Positions 13,755-44,070 of a stretch of DNA of 64,000 bases are shown one piece after another. The notes beneath the pieces were generated by a model, which saw only the letters and a list, made by a program, of their open reading frames with translations, had not been told where the DNA came from and did no database searches. Numbering within the stretch: the first letter of the stretch is position 1; every line of letters starts with the position of its first letter. The translations under genes and the position numbers were made by a program. Source of the DNA: Chrysomallon squamiferum. Lineage: Eukaryota; Animalia; Mollusca. The stretch covers positions 11,532,001 to 11,596,000 of the forward strand of contig CM022673.1 of the NCBI GenBank assembly GCA_012295275.1, written 5' to 3'.

Positions 13755-16700
13755 AGTAAGAAAGAGGAAGAGAAGGATGGAAAGAAAAACAAACTGAGGA
13801 ACATAAGAGATCAGAATGAGAAAAATAAAAGAGGAGACATGATGAAAGAGAAATAATAAATGTGTGGGTGTGCATGTGTGAGAGGTCCATGTTTGTAAGT
13901 TTTGATTTTTTTTTCATGAAACATATATTTAACAGAATTAATCCTTATTTAAGCACCTTTTGTTTTTTCCCAATCCAGTCAGTAACTCACAACTCTAAGT
14001 TTATGAAAAGATGTGTAGAAAAGATCTCTCTTATTGTTAATTGGTAAATGTCATCCAGAGCACCAGGACCAGGTTTCCCATCTCATGACATCAACAGACA
14101 GCAAATATATAGGATATGAGCCAAGAAACGCAATAAATACAGTTTAGAAAGTGTGTGTGTGTCTGTGTGTCTGTCTGTCTGTCTCTTTCTGTGTGTGTAT
14201 GTGTGTACGCATGCACATGCAAAGCAGTGCAAATGCAGCAATTCTTTAAAATGTCAAATGTCAGTCTGCAGCTGTTAGTTACCTGATTTATTTGAACTTT
14301 TCAAAGAAAATTACCATGTAACTATTATGTATATCATCATCCTAAAAACACTGATTACCTTTTTTTTTAAAGTTCATTTCATAAGAATAATAATAATAGT
14401 AATGGCATTACAATCTTTCCTGGTTCTATCTTACTAAAGGAAAAAAGAAATTTAATTTTTAATTTAAAAAATAGTCATCAATCAAATGCAAAAGATTCAA
14501 ATTTAAAAATAAAACAAAAAACAAAAAACAACCACAAATCAAAAATATTTCATCAGCAAACAGTATTTGACAGTTAATCATTTTATTTTTATGGAGTGTT
14601 TTTTTTTGTTTTGTTTTTTTAGAAATTTACTGTTATCTATTCATCAGGTTTTTTTTAATGGCACAGTATTGTTGCACCATACATGTTCAAGCTCATTTAT
14701 TCATTCATTTCTGGGGGCCATGCCACAATTCTTAAGTGCTGAGCAGTCTTTCCATAAACATAAATTTCCAGGCAAAATCATGAAACAAAACAAAACCATT
14801 GTTCAAGAAAAGTGACTTTCCTATTGTCTCTACAAACTTCTCAAGGGCAGAAACATTTCAGATTCTGTTTATGCTTGGAGAGAAATAACAATAACAACAC
14901 TAACAAAGTTGGTTATTAATATTTTCCTGCAGTCATTTTGATCAAAGAAATATTCATTGTTAGTGTTGTTTCAAGGAAACTAAATAAAGGTACTGTACGT
15001 TTATGTAGACCAACTCCCTATCAGAATAATCAAAGCTCAGCAGTGAACAATGGCTCTTTATGATTCCATGGTTATCAGTAGCTGATCATAGATTCTAAAT
15101 TCACATTACTGTTTGGGTTACTGTAAAAATATTTTTAAAAATAATTTGGAAGCACAAATAAAAAAGAACCTTCTGAGCCATAAAAGCACTGAATGTGAGA
15201 ATGAAATTTTTTGAAAAAATAATCAAAATAATTTGTGTTTTATTTGTAAAAATGAGCTTACAGCTTCATTCAGTAATTAAGCAAAATAAATAATTAATTA
15301 ACTAACAAAAGATCCATTGTTATTAACTTTAAAAAAATGTAGATATTTAGATCCAGTGGTTAAAATAAGACTTCATAATGAACATTTACAAATAAATAAA
15401 TAAAGAAATATATAAAAAAAAAAAAAAAAAAAAGAAGAATGTCTATATTTACAAAATTAACATTTTGGGTAGTTTTATGTATTTTAATTAATTAATTTAT
15501 TTATTATTATTATTATTGTGTGTATGTATGTGATATCTAGCCAAATCCTCAAATTTACCAAATTAATTACTGATTTAATTAATAATCGTAATATGCACAC
15601 ACATCTTCAAGAAATATGACAGCGTTCATAATAATTACACATACATCTTTTTAATTTTCATCAATAATATACACAAATATCTTTAATAAGATTAATATTT
15701 TTATACAGTTGCAACAAAGACACACCCAACCATAAAACACAGTGATTAATTATTACGTTTAGATTTGTATTATTTAAATTGTTAGGTTGTATCCGTGCTG
15801 TCAACATTAATTTTTCTAAAAATATTAGGTCGACACGATCTCCTGTCATAAAAACAGTGGGTGTAGCTGTCACGAAGGAGAGTGTGCATGTGGAGGTAGA
15901 CCTAAATATCAAGAAGGGACATCATCGGTTTATTTCCAACAAATATCCAAACTGAGTTTTATTTACTCTCGGACCACACTCTACAGCACAGAATTTTCAC
16001 AAACAAAAACCAGTATAATTTCTGTAACACCCAGGTGAACCTGTGTCAGTCTTGTTATAGGGAAAATTAAAATAAAGCAAAGAATAAATCTGTGAAAAAT
16101 TGAGAAGCTTCCTTGTTTTAGTATTCCTGTATTTTAAATCATTAGTGTTAGGCAATTATTTGAGAGAAAAAAAACCCAATACCAAGTGGCTCTATTTAAG
16201 CTTTTAACCTTTATTTATACAAAGAAATGCTAACAACTTTGCCTAAATATGTGCTGAATATTTTATTATAATAAAATTACAGATACATGATTTTTTTTTA
16301 TATACAATATATGTAAATATATGGCTAGGCATATGTGTATGAATGTACTATGCCAGATGGGAGATAGGTTTGGCACGAATCTATCTATGAATATATATAT
16401 ATATATATATTAACTAATATTTCTTTATTTATTATTTTAATATTTATTTAATTTATTAATGAGTATGATTTTAAACTTTAATAAGGTTTCAAATCATCCT
16501 TTATTTTTCCCATCACACAAAAGAAAAAAGAAAAAAAAAAATTAATAACAGACTGATTCATGCTTTGCATGCTGAGAAAATGGGAACTCTTCTAAGTAAA
16601 TTACATAATCAGAAACACACAGGGCCAACCAATATTCACATTATTCTGCCAAAGGTCAATGTAAGGATAAAAAATTTCAAAGCCATACATCATAGTCGAA

Positions 16701-17413
16701 TACCAGTTAACATCATTTTGAGTCTCATCCAAAAATAACTGTTTAATTAAGGGATTAGAAGCAGACTTTGATAATGATGTTCTGCAGGTCAAGAGTTAAT
16801 CTTGACTAGGGGAGGCATCTTAAGTCTTTCTGTAAACATTCTTTTTTATTTATGGACACCTACAGCAGGCATCTTTCAGCTAACGAACTAGCTGTAAGCC
16901 AAAGCATTAAAGACAACCATATGTTTTGAGAGAACTTTTTTTTCTTTTTTTTTTTTCCCCATTTTAATAAATCCAAAATGTTTTTTTCGATTCAAAACAA
17001 GACAGTCAAAAATGACCCAGAAAACAGACAGACATATCTGAATTTAATTTGTGAGCACACAAATAGCTTTAAATTACTGTGGTCATTTTGATTTTCTGAA
17101 AATATTGATTCACTATTTCAAACTTATTGCACCAGAAAGATGTACAAAATCAGAAAGACATTTAAAAAAAAAAAAAAATAATAATGTGATGATTGTTGTT
17201 GTTATTGTTAATATTAGTATTACAGTATTTATTTTTATTTTAATTATTTGTAATAATATTATTACAAATTATTAGAACTGCCCAGTGGATTCAAATCTGC
17301 ACAGGATTATAAATCTTCTTAAACAACAATTTGTCAAATTATGGATTCTGTCTCCACCACCTCTGACATTTTAGTTATCTTTAAATTTCTGTAGGAGAAG
17401 ATTGTTATAGATT

Positions 17414-17530
17414 GTTTTTGATATACATTACCACTGGCCAGTCCTGAAACAGAGAAAATAACCCAGTGTCTCAAAAACAGGATTGATCTTGGAGTACACC
17501 AAGCCCCAGGCAAGCAATCTAACCACTGAT
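17414..17530 (+). mobile_element. Decayed SINE-like copy (partial)
   Basis: tttgatatac...cactggcc...gagaaaataacccagtg...ggattgatc...aggcaagcaatctaaccactga. An opposite-orientation relative appears at about 45316-45430. Confidence 0.4.
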
Positions 17531-19226
17531 TTAAACACCACTTCTAGTTTAAACACTTATAATCATTATTTTAGATACATTTTGCTTGTTTCTTTTTTCT
17601 TATTTTTTTTTTTTTTTTTCTTCTTTATCTTTTTTTAATTATTTTTATTTTTAAAAATGGAAAACTATGCATACAGATTAATTTCAATAATATTTAATTT
17701 TCAGTTTTATTATTATTACTTTTATTACTACTACTACAATTACTACTACTATTACTATTATTATTATTATTATCACTGTTATTTTTTACAGAAACTTAAA
17801 CAGCATTCCTACATCACACTCTTCAATAAACCCATGTTGAAACTTAACACACAACATGCATACTGTCTATGCAAACTGTACATAATTATAATGCTACAGA
17901 AACATATCAGAGGCAATAAAACTAGGATAACATGTCTTACTGCGACCTTCCTGTCACTGTTCTGACACTGACAAAAACACAGATGTTTGATATATGCAGG
18001 TCTGATTACTCAACAAAGCAGTTTTTGTCTTTGCTGCAATGCTTCAGACAAAATATGAGCCTGTTTGAAAGTTTCCTTACAAAACTTGATCCTGCATACA
18101 AAGTAATGAAAGGAATAAAAAATTTAAAAAAAAATTAAAAAAAGAAATCTGAAAGGAATTTGTAAATTTGAATCTTAAAGCATGATCTGTAAAAATATAT
18201 ACTCCGTTATTTGTACAAATATATAGAAAAGTTTTGATTTTATCTACCTGCCTACGTACATTAATTTTTAATTGAATGAAAGTAAGTTAATACCTCAAAA
18301 GAAATTCATAGTTGAAGTTATTAGCTGTATCATTTACTTGACTTTGTTATGATAATATGAGAAAATAAACTGTTTGTCATCAGAGATGTAATTAATATTA
18401 ATAATACCCATAATAATAATATGATGATAATCATCATCATGACAATGAAAATTAGACAACAACAACAAAAATATTTGTTGCATATATTTTCATCAGATAG
18501 CTTTCAAAGAGACCTTTGGTTAGACATTTCATCATCATGGCCATGGCTTGTTATATCTGTGCCGTTGTTATATTTTACAAATTAACAATCAAAAGGCTCA
18601 TCCATTCAGGTAGATTTTGTCTGCATCCAATTTTACAACACACCCAACCTCAAGTACCAACATGCAAAAAAATCAAGCATTCAAAACATCTACAAAAGCA
18701 CAAAGATTTTCTCTTTTATCAGCTCCTGAACTTCAGGATATTACTGGAAGCTGAACTTTTTCTGCCACTGAAGTACTTAGTCAAAGCTAACTAGTACTGT
18801 GGCTTATTATTTTTTTTATGGAGTCATTTTAGTATGGAGGTGTTAGTGTGGAAGATAGTAAAATAAATGACTGTCTGCCACAGCAATTTTCAAGATGCTA
18901 TAAAACATAGTTATGGCAGCTTAGAATTACACTGACACTCCACTTAACTCTCATGAACTGTGAAAGAAGCAATCACTTGTGTTGTAAATATGCTTGTTTC
19001 TATGCCTCCTCAGTGGATGGGGTAAATATGACAGTACTGTGGTTCTAGTCTTTGCAGTATACCTCCAGAAATATGTCAGTATCAAAGAACTTTGTGAGGT
19101 ATCAGTGTTTGATGATTGTAGTAACATCAGCTTATTTAGGTGCAGAAAATAATGAAGTGGGTAAAGTGCATTTGTATTTAGTACAGATTCAGGTTAAAAT
19201 TTACCCCAAATAGAAGCCAACTTGAT

Positions 19227-19262
<36 letters not shown>

Positions 19263-22200
19263 TTACCCCTTCCAGATTGTTGCATCAAATATAATAACCC
19301 TGTGTCTGATATCTGGAAGCTATCATCAGAAGCATAAAATATCTGATAAAGTATTTTTATCTAAATTTATCAAAGTTCTTAAGTGCCATTTATAATAATA
19401 ATAATAATAATAATTAAAAACACACAAAAAAAAAAAAAAAAAAATCAAAACAAACCAGGCCATAACTATGAAAGGTGGACATGATACAGATTTGTAAAAA
19501 TATGTTAACAGATTTAGGTAGAATGTATCACTTGAACTGACTAGAATATTATAACAGGTTTATTATCTGCTGTCAGTTTAATAAATGTGATGATTTCAAG
19601 AATGTACTAGAGAATATAGGTAAGAAATAATTATACTTCCTTTATGTTTTTTATTACATCCTATTTCCTAAAAATAAAATAAAAACAGCATTTGGACATA
19701 TTTATACACCTTCCAATGGAGAGGAACATAGTTACAAGCATTTTTTTTTTTTTTTTTTTTTTTTTTTTAGTTAGGGCACTGTCTAGAATGTGAAACAGCC
19801 TAAAGATGCAGCAAAGTTAACAGAACCTTAAGTCTTAACATGTTGAGTCTAATTCAAAACAATTAAGCCAAACAATGCTGTTAAAAGTTTATAATTACTT
19901 GTACAGTAGTTATTCTGATATCAGTTTAATTTTACTGAAGTTTACATGCAGGTCCTTAAAACATCCTTTGTCAGTGCTAATGCAGTAGAAATTAATCAAT
20001 AACAAAGGTTTAAAATTTTAAATTTTAATCAGAAGCAAATATCAAAACAGACGCAAATCATGATTCCAATGAATAATATATAAAAATACCTTTGTAACAG
20101 AACATAATGAAAGAATTAAATAAGTTATAAGAATGAGACTGGCAAAGCTCTGTGCTTCAGAAACATTTTTGAAAATCTAAATGTGTGTGTGTGTGTTACC
20201 TGTTTTTTGTGCCCCTCCTCAAAATGAGTGGTCACCTGTGATGTATAGACAGTTTTCTGATTCCTGATTGTTTTTCAACAGATCAGCAGATACCAGTATG
20301 CAGTGAATGTTTTTTTTTTTTGAATCACAAGAGCCCGTGAACTACAGTCGCTAAATGCTTATCACCAAACTGTGTGAGTTCAAACCATTTGGTATATAAT
20401 TTTGATAATTAAAACATTCAATACCATTCCATGTTTATTTATGTTTTATGAACACTGTGTCCTAGCAGACTTTTGAAATCGAAAAGATTTTGCAATTGGC
20501 AGCAATTGGAACTCTTTTGTGGTTTTAAATGTTTTGCAGACCAAATTTGGTTTAAAAAATCACAAAATTTCAACTTTCCTCCATTACCTCAAGATGCTAT
20601 TGTGATATTCTGAGTCCAATTATTCGATGACATCAACCCTCTCTCAATCCACTTTCCATCAAGCTAATTATACAACTGGATCCATAAACATCCTAACCTA
20701 ACAAACGTCATCCAACTTATCCTTCATTTTATACTGAACATTTTCCTTTACATATACTGTATGACATTTGTTTACATTGGTTTTTTGTCTCTGTATTGTT
20801 CTTATATTACATTATATTGCTGTTACGTGTACTGAAGTTTAAAGGTTTGGTAAATTTCAGGAGTAATGTTTATATTTGCATTTTCTGGACTGGTACACTC
20901 CCTGTTTGTCTATGAAATCAACGGTCAACAGTATATATAAAATATCTACATCAGAAACATAACCTTTAAAAACAGTTTGTACACTTTTTTTCTACTGTGC
21001 CTGTTAATGATTTACAATGATAATAAGCACAAACAAGGTTTTACAATAACTATTTTAGAAAATAAATGCCAACAATCCTTTGCACACACCATAATTCTTT
21101 AACAGAGCTTTTGCAAATACTTCTAAATCGCGTTACACAAATATTAATGCAAAAAACTAAACAGCAAAACAGAATGAGAAGTAAACAGAATTGTAACAGA
21201 AATTAAACAAATCATTGTGCAAGCTGCAATTTCCTAATCAAGAAACACTCTCTGCCAGCATCAGTCACACTCCCAGTGATGTTAAAACTGGGCAGAGACG
21301 TAACAACTGTCCAACATCCGCACGCAAATATTTACCAAATGTGTCTAAAGTCAACAAAAGCCAAGCTCTTCAGTTTGACCACTTCATTAAGCAGCTTCAA
21401 GGAGCAGTGTAAAGGGAACACAGCCCAAATGAATCAGTTCAATATGTCAGCTCTTGGGCCGTGCTGCTGAAAATTACTTCTGTGCAATCAATGAAATTGC
21501 AAAATGCCATTATTACTGGAATTACGATTTCTTCTGGGATGCTAAACCATTTTTCTCAAATACCACACCGTAATAACTGGTTTCGAATTTCAGAAATTAT
21601 CATTATACTGCAATAAAATCAGTTATATAGTATATTTCAACCACGATATATAAATGTACTTAGCAACACTGCAGTATGAATGCCTGTTCAAATCAAATAA
21701 AGTAATTTTGATGCAACACATAAATACCCAGTACACTAATAAAGCTTTATTTGAAGTTTTTATGTGTCACAGTGGTAAATAAATACATTTTTCATTTAGG
21801 TTCTTCTGTACTTGTTGCAAGAACAACACCAGATTAATAAAAAAATAAAAATAAAAATAAAACAACATCAATATCTATAACATTAAATAACTTTTTTCTC
21901 TCTCTTTTTTCTCTTTTTTTTTCTTTTCTTCTATTTCAATTCATTTTATAGTTATATACATTACAAACAGAACATGTATTTAAACAGTGAAACTAATAAA
22001 CAAAAAAGCAATAATGATTATAGCAAATTTACTAGAGAATTTAAATTACAAGGCTATAACTTCATTTACTTAAATATTGTTTTTATCACTGCTCTATGAA
22101 GAGAAAATATCAATATATGTCTTTACATGAGATAATTTTTTTTTTTTTTTTTTCAGAATGCAGAATCTAATCAAGTAAATGTTACCAAATATGTCATATT

Positions 22201-24204
22201 TAACAGAACATTAAAATTTATGGATTTACCAAAACTTTTTATCACAGATTATTTACACTGAAAAAGCTGACAAGTCATTAAACCAGAACATTTTTTAAAT
22301 AAAACAAATGTGACCTAATAAATGTTAACAAAAACACCATAATTATTATAACATTTAGTATATTAAAATATTCTATCACTAACTCTGTGTAGAATAACTT
22401 TCAATAGATGTGTCATTAAACCAGAAGCTGCAACAAAAATGGATGCTTCTAAATATACTGCATTTAACAGAACATTTATATTACACATCTATGACTCCAT
22501 TTACTAAAATTTTCTGTTATCTAAATATGTATATCGTGAAAAAATAGATAGCTGACTGCCTTTAAACTAGTATAAACCAGTTTTTCTTTATAGAAGAACA
22601 CAAACAGTCTTTCATCGTGACTTGCCTCTTGACTTCATATTGTTCTGATTTTTCAATAGGTTGTTTCTCTTTAGTTAAAAAAATATATATGTGTGTGTCA
22701 GATATGTCTCAAATAGAAATGTTACAATCAGATTTCACACAAGTCTGGGTCATCTTGATTCATGTTCTATTGACAAATACTCACAAGATAAACTAAAAAT
22801 ACCTACAAGATATATGTGGATAAATCAGGGTCTCTAGATAGGTTATTTGGTGCCTGAAAAAGACCATAATGTGTTCCACCATGGATATATATGCCATAAG
22901 ATTTATTATAAAATAAAAGTCAGAAACAAATGTTGACAACACAGAATTTGCTTTACAATGAATTGAATGATTATTTGTTAAAATCATTTTATTCAAATAC
23001 ACACAAATTATGTCTTCAAAATGGCAGCAAAAAAAAAAAAAGCTTAAAAGCCAGTAAAATTATTTAAACAGAGGATGTACTGCAAAAGGAACAGTCACAA
23101 AGTAAATGAATAAATGGCATCTTACTAAATATAAGAAAGTGTTTGTATAGAGTTTAATGTGATGAAAATGTCTGAGAAAAGATGTGCAAAAACAACTGTG
23201 CATGCTTCCCTTATTGACAAGAATGCTGATCACAGCATTTGATAACCAGGCAGAAAGCATTAGTTGGAATGGGGAAACAGGATTAACAGGAATGACTGTG
23301 AAGCCTACAGTGCATCAGACAAGAATTCTGCTCACCCAATAAAAGAAGAAGAACTTTTCTTCACTCAAGCAACGTACCACAGTGAATTTCACTACACACA
23401 CTAATATAATTTAGTACCCCACAACATAATTTACTATATGAGTATATTATTAGTTAAGTACTAGTTAGTTTTAATTTGGCTTCAGAACTGTTTAGTTTGA
23501 TGGAGTACAGGACTTCTCAGACTGACAAATATTGCTGATGGGTCCACCACAGGACCTGTTTAGATTGACCCAAGTTGTAGACAGGTCACCTGTAACTTTG
23601 GATCAGAACAGTTTATGGTCAGAATGCTGATAGTTCAGATTGTGCAGACATTATTATTAAGAATGTTTTGTGTTATCTTATTAAGTAAAAAGACATTAAT
23701 TTTCATTGCCTACAATTTACTACTGAGCAATGGTATATGATTTATGGGTGTATTGAATGAGAATGCAATTATTTAAATGTTCTAGAATGCATGTATATAT
23801 GTATTTGAATTATGTGTATGAATAAATGATTTGTATAACAGATTATATTTCCAGGCAAACAATACTTATTTTCAGTTTTCGATTATGTTACTACTTTACA
23901 ATAAACTGTAAAGCAGCACTCATTAGAAAGTTAAAACAACAACAACAATAATAATAATGAAGATTTTGTTTGTTGTTTATTTTTGTTGTCAGTGTTTCAC
24001 ACAAGATATAAGTTATTAAAAAAAAAAAAAAAAAAAAAAAAAACAACAACAACAACAATTTAAACAAATAATAAAAGACACATGAAAAGATCAATGGTGT
24101 ACTCAAGATGGATGCCTTTGGATGAATTTATCAACATCATCATCATCATCATCATAATCATATTGTATAGTAGTTTTCAATAACAACATCTGAGATATTT
24201 TTCT

Positions 24205-24372
24205 CCCAATCCTATGAAATATTTCTTTCTGTTATCAGCAAGGGAACTTTTACATGTGCAACATCACAACCTTTGCAGTGGAAAATGTGAATATCCAGTG
24301 GAAACTCTGAGGGGTACTGATCTCATGAACTCCTGTACTTCATGAAATTTCTCTGCCACTGAACTACAACTT
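24205..24372 (+). mobile_element. Decayed SINE-like interspersed repeat copy
   Basis: tatcagcaagggaacttttacatgtgc ... gaggggtactgatctcatga ... tctgccactgaactaca. Confidence 0.45.
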
Positions 24373-26331
24373 GTACCTGAGCATAAGGCATAAAGGTAAG
24401 GCGGTGTCTGACTCTGCAGTATAATTAATAATATAAACACACAGGTTATTTTGGAATCTTCCAGCCTTGAGTCTTTCATCTGAAGGAAAAGGAAGTGTTA
24501 GCTCCATGTAGGTAATAGATAATTGATGATATTGGTCTTGACTTACAGTAATCTGGTATTTATCGGAGAAAAATCTTAAAATAATTTATGATCAGCTACA
24601 AAGATAATGTGATGAGAGCTTTACCCGAGTGTTAAAGAAAAAAAAAAAAAAAATTGGATGCAGTGTGGGTAAGCCAAAATGTACATATGGTGTAGAAATT
24701 TATATGCATTAATTTGTTATCTGTACAAATGTGCTCTACAAATTTCAGTATTTTTAGTTTTGTTAAATATTTATTATTTAATAAACATAAAAAAAAAAAA
24801 TGTAAACATTAACTTTTTTTATTATTATTTTTTTTTAAGTATTTATTTTCCAAAACATTAAATTTATTAATATTATTGTTGCATTGATATTGTTTTTGTT
24901 TTAATTTTTTTTTTTTTTTATTTTATTGTTGTTGTTTTTTGCATTTCTTTTTTTTTTTTTTTTTTTTTTTTTTTTGTTTCTGGGGGTTGCCTGAAGTTTT
25001 TGTTCTTTTTTTCCTGTATAACAATAACAATGAAACAATTATCCTAAATGAATTAAAACTTTTAATTATGTCTAACAATAAAGCCATATGGAAATAGCAT
25101 CAAGCATTTAGCATTTAATAAACACTCCATTTGAAGAGGAGATTAAAATGTTCTCCACTTCAAGAGCACTCAGCCAAATTAGGTATTATGAAAACTAGAT
25201 AATAACCAGTCAGAAAATGATCACCATAAACCCATCACATAATTATTAATCAGAAAGAAATAAAATAACAATCTAACTGTTTTAAACCAAAGCTTTATTA
25301 ATTATAAATATGACTGCAAAATAAATATATTTTTTAGTGCATATAAATTATATATATATAATTTGATAATTATAATTATGTTTAAAAATAACAGATAGAT
25401 AGGGACGAGCTCTTTAATCATTAAAAAACATGCATGCAAGCACACACAGACATGCACACATACACATGTACTTATGACCACACATACAAATATACAAACA
25501 CATTTAAATCATCACAGAAGAATGTTTATATAATACATCAATTAAACCTGCAAGACATCAGTTTAATGTTAGTCTATCCAAATAAAATATATCACATTGG
25601 GGAATTCAGTTGTAATTATTACACTACTCAATCACATCTGCTGATGCACATATACATTTTATTTTCTCTTGTTAAAAGCCAAACACAACAGAATTCATTG
25701 ATCATGGTGGTCAAATGCATCAACTCTTACTGCACCTGCATGTTGTAAACAAAAACTCTGAAAATCCCCCGGTGAGCTATAAACAGGTTTCTCACTAATG
25801 GCAATTATCCAATTATGTTTAGGTCTTACTTCATCACGATTCCTACAGTTCTTGTTAACTACTATGTAATGAACTAGACATGACCAACAGAAAACAGATT
25901 TCTGTATTTCACATGCAATGAAGTATTACATTTCTTTTGTCACATACGTCTGAATAACGGACAACAAAAAAAAAAAAAAAAAAAGAACATTTATAAAAGA
26001 GAAAGTTTTTATTGTAATATTATAAAAGCTTTCCCCTTAATAAAATTATTTTTTTAATATGTTCTGCAATTTTCAGCAGACAAATATAAATTAGACTGGA
26101 AATAATTATTTATTTATGGGTGGACGATCTGTGATTTAAAATCATTAGGAAGAGATTGTAAAATAGACTACAGCATTTATTTGGAACAAAACCTCCCAGA
26201 AAAACAAATGAATAGTTGATATGAATTTATATAGATGAAGTAAACTATTTCCCATTTTTTGTCATGTGGGGTGTTCACACAATGTAAGACACAAAAATCA
26301 AGTAAGTATGATATTAAAATGTGTGTACTTA

Positions 26332-41087
<14,756 letters not shown>

Positions 41088-41900
41088 CTTTGGCGCTTAT
41101 ATGAGGCAGGTAGTCCGACAGAGAGTAAAATATTACATCTGATCGACATAGCTTGACATTCTGCAACACCTTTCCTCCGCCATATTAGATCTGAAAGTAA
41201 TAGTACTTTCCAACCAGCAGCTTCCGATTTATTTTTGGTTGGTATTCGGAGAGTTGTCTCCCATGACAAATGTTCCAAATTGATTAAATTCGGTTAGAAG
41301 TCGAACACGAGTCAAAACAATTGTTTATTGGTTTTTCAAAAAATGTTTTTCAAAAAATGTTTTTCAAATTCTTATAAAAAAAATTTCTTCTTTTATTAAT
41401 TAAGTTATTTATAATTTGAATAATTTTCCCCATGTGAAGTGATTAATCATTAAAAGTATTATTGCTGCAAATGAAATGAAAACAAATCGATTGTAGGAAC
41501 TCTTTCTTCCCATAACATTAGAACTACTGAAGAAGTATTTAAAATAATTAAATTAAAAATAGTTAAAACAATATACGCTACAGTTTATTTGATTGTAAAA
41601 CTGACTGATATATGTTGTGATTAAATACTTCCGTCATTTCTTGTGACTAAGATTGGCGGTTTGTTGTATGGTATGTTTAGAGACTGGTACGGAGATAAAT
41701 ACGAATCGAATAGGACCTTTCATAAAACCGGAAGTATTAAAACCAACTCTTTATATTTCCGGGTTTTATTTGCAAGTTCTCGAAAATAAAATAAAAAATA
41801 GCTGGTGGTTGTTATGAAGAGGACGGAAAGAGTTTATTAATAATCTGGATCAGTGAATCTTTTATATGTTTTCTTTAAGTTTTGTAAGTTATTTAGTTAA
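41088..41900. promoter_or_regulatory. Bidirectional promoter region ARHGAP39 / GID8
   Basis: Local CpG enrichment in a CpG-poor background. ETS-type motifs ACCGGAAGT 41727-41735, ACTTCCG 41627-41633, ATTTCCGGG 41755-41763. YY1-like AAGATGGCG at the ARHGAP39 ATG. Probable non-coding GID8 exon ending at donor gtaagt 41884. Confidence 0.65.
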
Positions 41901-42172
41901 AAATGTAGTTATTTCTGAATCATGGTGGTTTTTATCTCAAACGCACGCAATACATTCACATTCCACATTCTGACATTGTCATTGTTTGATTTTAGCCAAC
42001 GACTGTCACTCACTCTCTGATTATGACAATCATCGCGAAAATGTTATTATTTCAGTCAGTTGAGAAAAAAAAAAGTTTGGGGGCCTTGAGAAAACTTTAA
42101 AATGTATTTATTATATGAGATGTTTAATACTTTTAACATTTATATTTTAACAGTTTTTCTCTTCTTCAGAAA

Positions 42173-44070
42173 ATGAACTTCGGTGGTGAAAAGCCAGCCA
42201 GTGAAGAAATTTCTAAAGAAGAATGGCTAAACAAACTACAAGATATTCATATCACTCGAGCTGATATGAATACTCTTATTATGAATTATTTAGTTACAGG
42301 TAAACAGCATTCTTTGTTTTGTATTTTAATAAGTAACTGTTGAAAGTGACAAGACAATTGATTTTTGTATGAATTTGGCAGCATTCACGTTTTTTAAAAC
42401 CTTTCTTTGAGAGGTGAGTAAAAACTTTAATATGAATGAAAAAGTACAAAAATTGTTTTGCCCATTGTTCTTCCAAGAGCTTAGAACCTATTGAAATTGT
42501 ATTTCCCCCACTAACTCATCTTTCTGATGGTTTCCTGCCATTTATTTGGCTTGAATATCATCTTTTACTTTTATGTATTAAAATAAATCAAATCATTTTT
42601 GAAGAATAAAAAATAAGGAAAGATTCAGTGTACAAAATGTTTATAAATTTATAACAAAAAATTCTTTTTTATTCTGAAATTGTAGTGGTTAAAAAGGTTT
42701 GATAATTAAAAAATTCCAAATTTGACAAAAAATAAGAAGAAATTTTTCAGTTCATTTTGTTTAAACCTTTTGTTGTAGAAGGCTTCAAAGAAGCCGCAGA
42801 GAAGTTTCGTCTGGAATCCGGAATCCAGCCACCGATGGATCTTGATGAATTGGACGACAGAATCCGAATCAGAGAAGCCATACAGAATGGTCATATACAA
42901 GATGCAATCTGCATGGTCAATAACCTATACCCAGAGTTACTTGACAATGACAGATATCTTTACTTCAGACTTCAGGTCTGTTATATCTAATATGTCTTTT
43001 AATAAACAGCTTTAACCCTTTTTATATATTCAGTATAATATCAGCCTTTCCTAATAATAAAGTATGCCTATAAAATTATAAATTTCTCATTTATTAAGTT
43101 ATGATAATAAATATGTATCAATAGTACGTAAATAAAAAACAAGACAGTTAATACTTCATTCCAGTTAGTCTTTCTTCAGCATTTTTTAAATTTTACATTC
43201 ACATTTAATGTTGTCATGGTTAACACTGTTATCAGTAGTAAAATATTTAGAAGGAAGATCTGGCAGTTTTAAAATAATTAAAAATGTTTTAAAAATAATT
43301 TTAAAAATATTACGGGCACTCATAAATTGTTTTAAACTTCATTTCAGATTGGACAATATAAATAAACGATATATGTGTATATTTTGTTTATACTATAGCA
43401 ACAGAAGCTGATTGAATTGATACGTGAAAAAAACATTGAGTTGGCACTGGAATATGCACAGTCACATCTTGCAGAGAGAGTCGAAGAAAATCCTGAGGTT
43501 TTGTCTGAACTTGAGAGGACTTTAGCTTTGTTGGCTTTTGAAGAACCAGAGAATTCACCATTTGGGGAACTTCTGCATCCCTCACAGAGGCAAAAGGTTA
43601 TATGAATCACAAATGAGCATGCATAAGAACATGTCTGAATACATGTAAAACATGTATATATTTATTTATGCATACACTCTAAATATTGCATAGAAAAGAG
43701 ATGAATGTTTGGTATCTGAAAACGTTTATTTTAGAATTTAGTTTTGAAATTAAAAACTCTAGGACTAAATGTAAAAATAGATGATTAGATAAGAATCATG
43801 ACTTTGGTTTCTTTGTATTTTGATAAATAGTCTCTTGAAAATTTTAAATCTAGAAGAGATTCCTTATTTTTGTGTAATTTTTTATTTATTTGATTTATTT
43901 ATTAGGTTGCAAGTGAACTAAATGCAGCAATATTAGAGGTGGATTCTACTCCGAGACTTGCCAATCTTTTAAAGCTGTTGCTATGGGCACAAGAGGAACT
44001 CGAGAAGAAGAAAGTGAAGTATCCAAAAATGGTGGACATAGCAAAAGGCACTATAGAAGACACTAAATGA
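42173..44070 (+). CDS. GID8: Glucose-induced degradation protein 8 homolog (GID8/Twa1, CTLH E3 ligase subunit), 228 aa; exons 42173-42299, 42779-42975, 43399-43596, 43906-44070
   Basis: All introns GT-AG with consistent phases; total 687 nt. LisH ([24 protein letters not shown]), CTLH ([17 protein letters not shown]...[15 protein letters not shown]) and CRA ([10 protein letters not shown]...[14 protein letters not shown]...LLKLLLWAQ) segments recognisable. Confidence 0.96.
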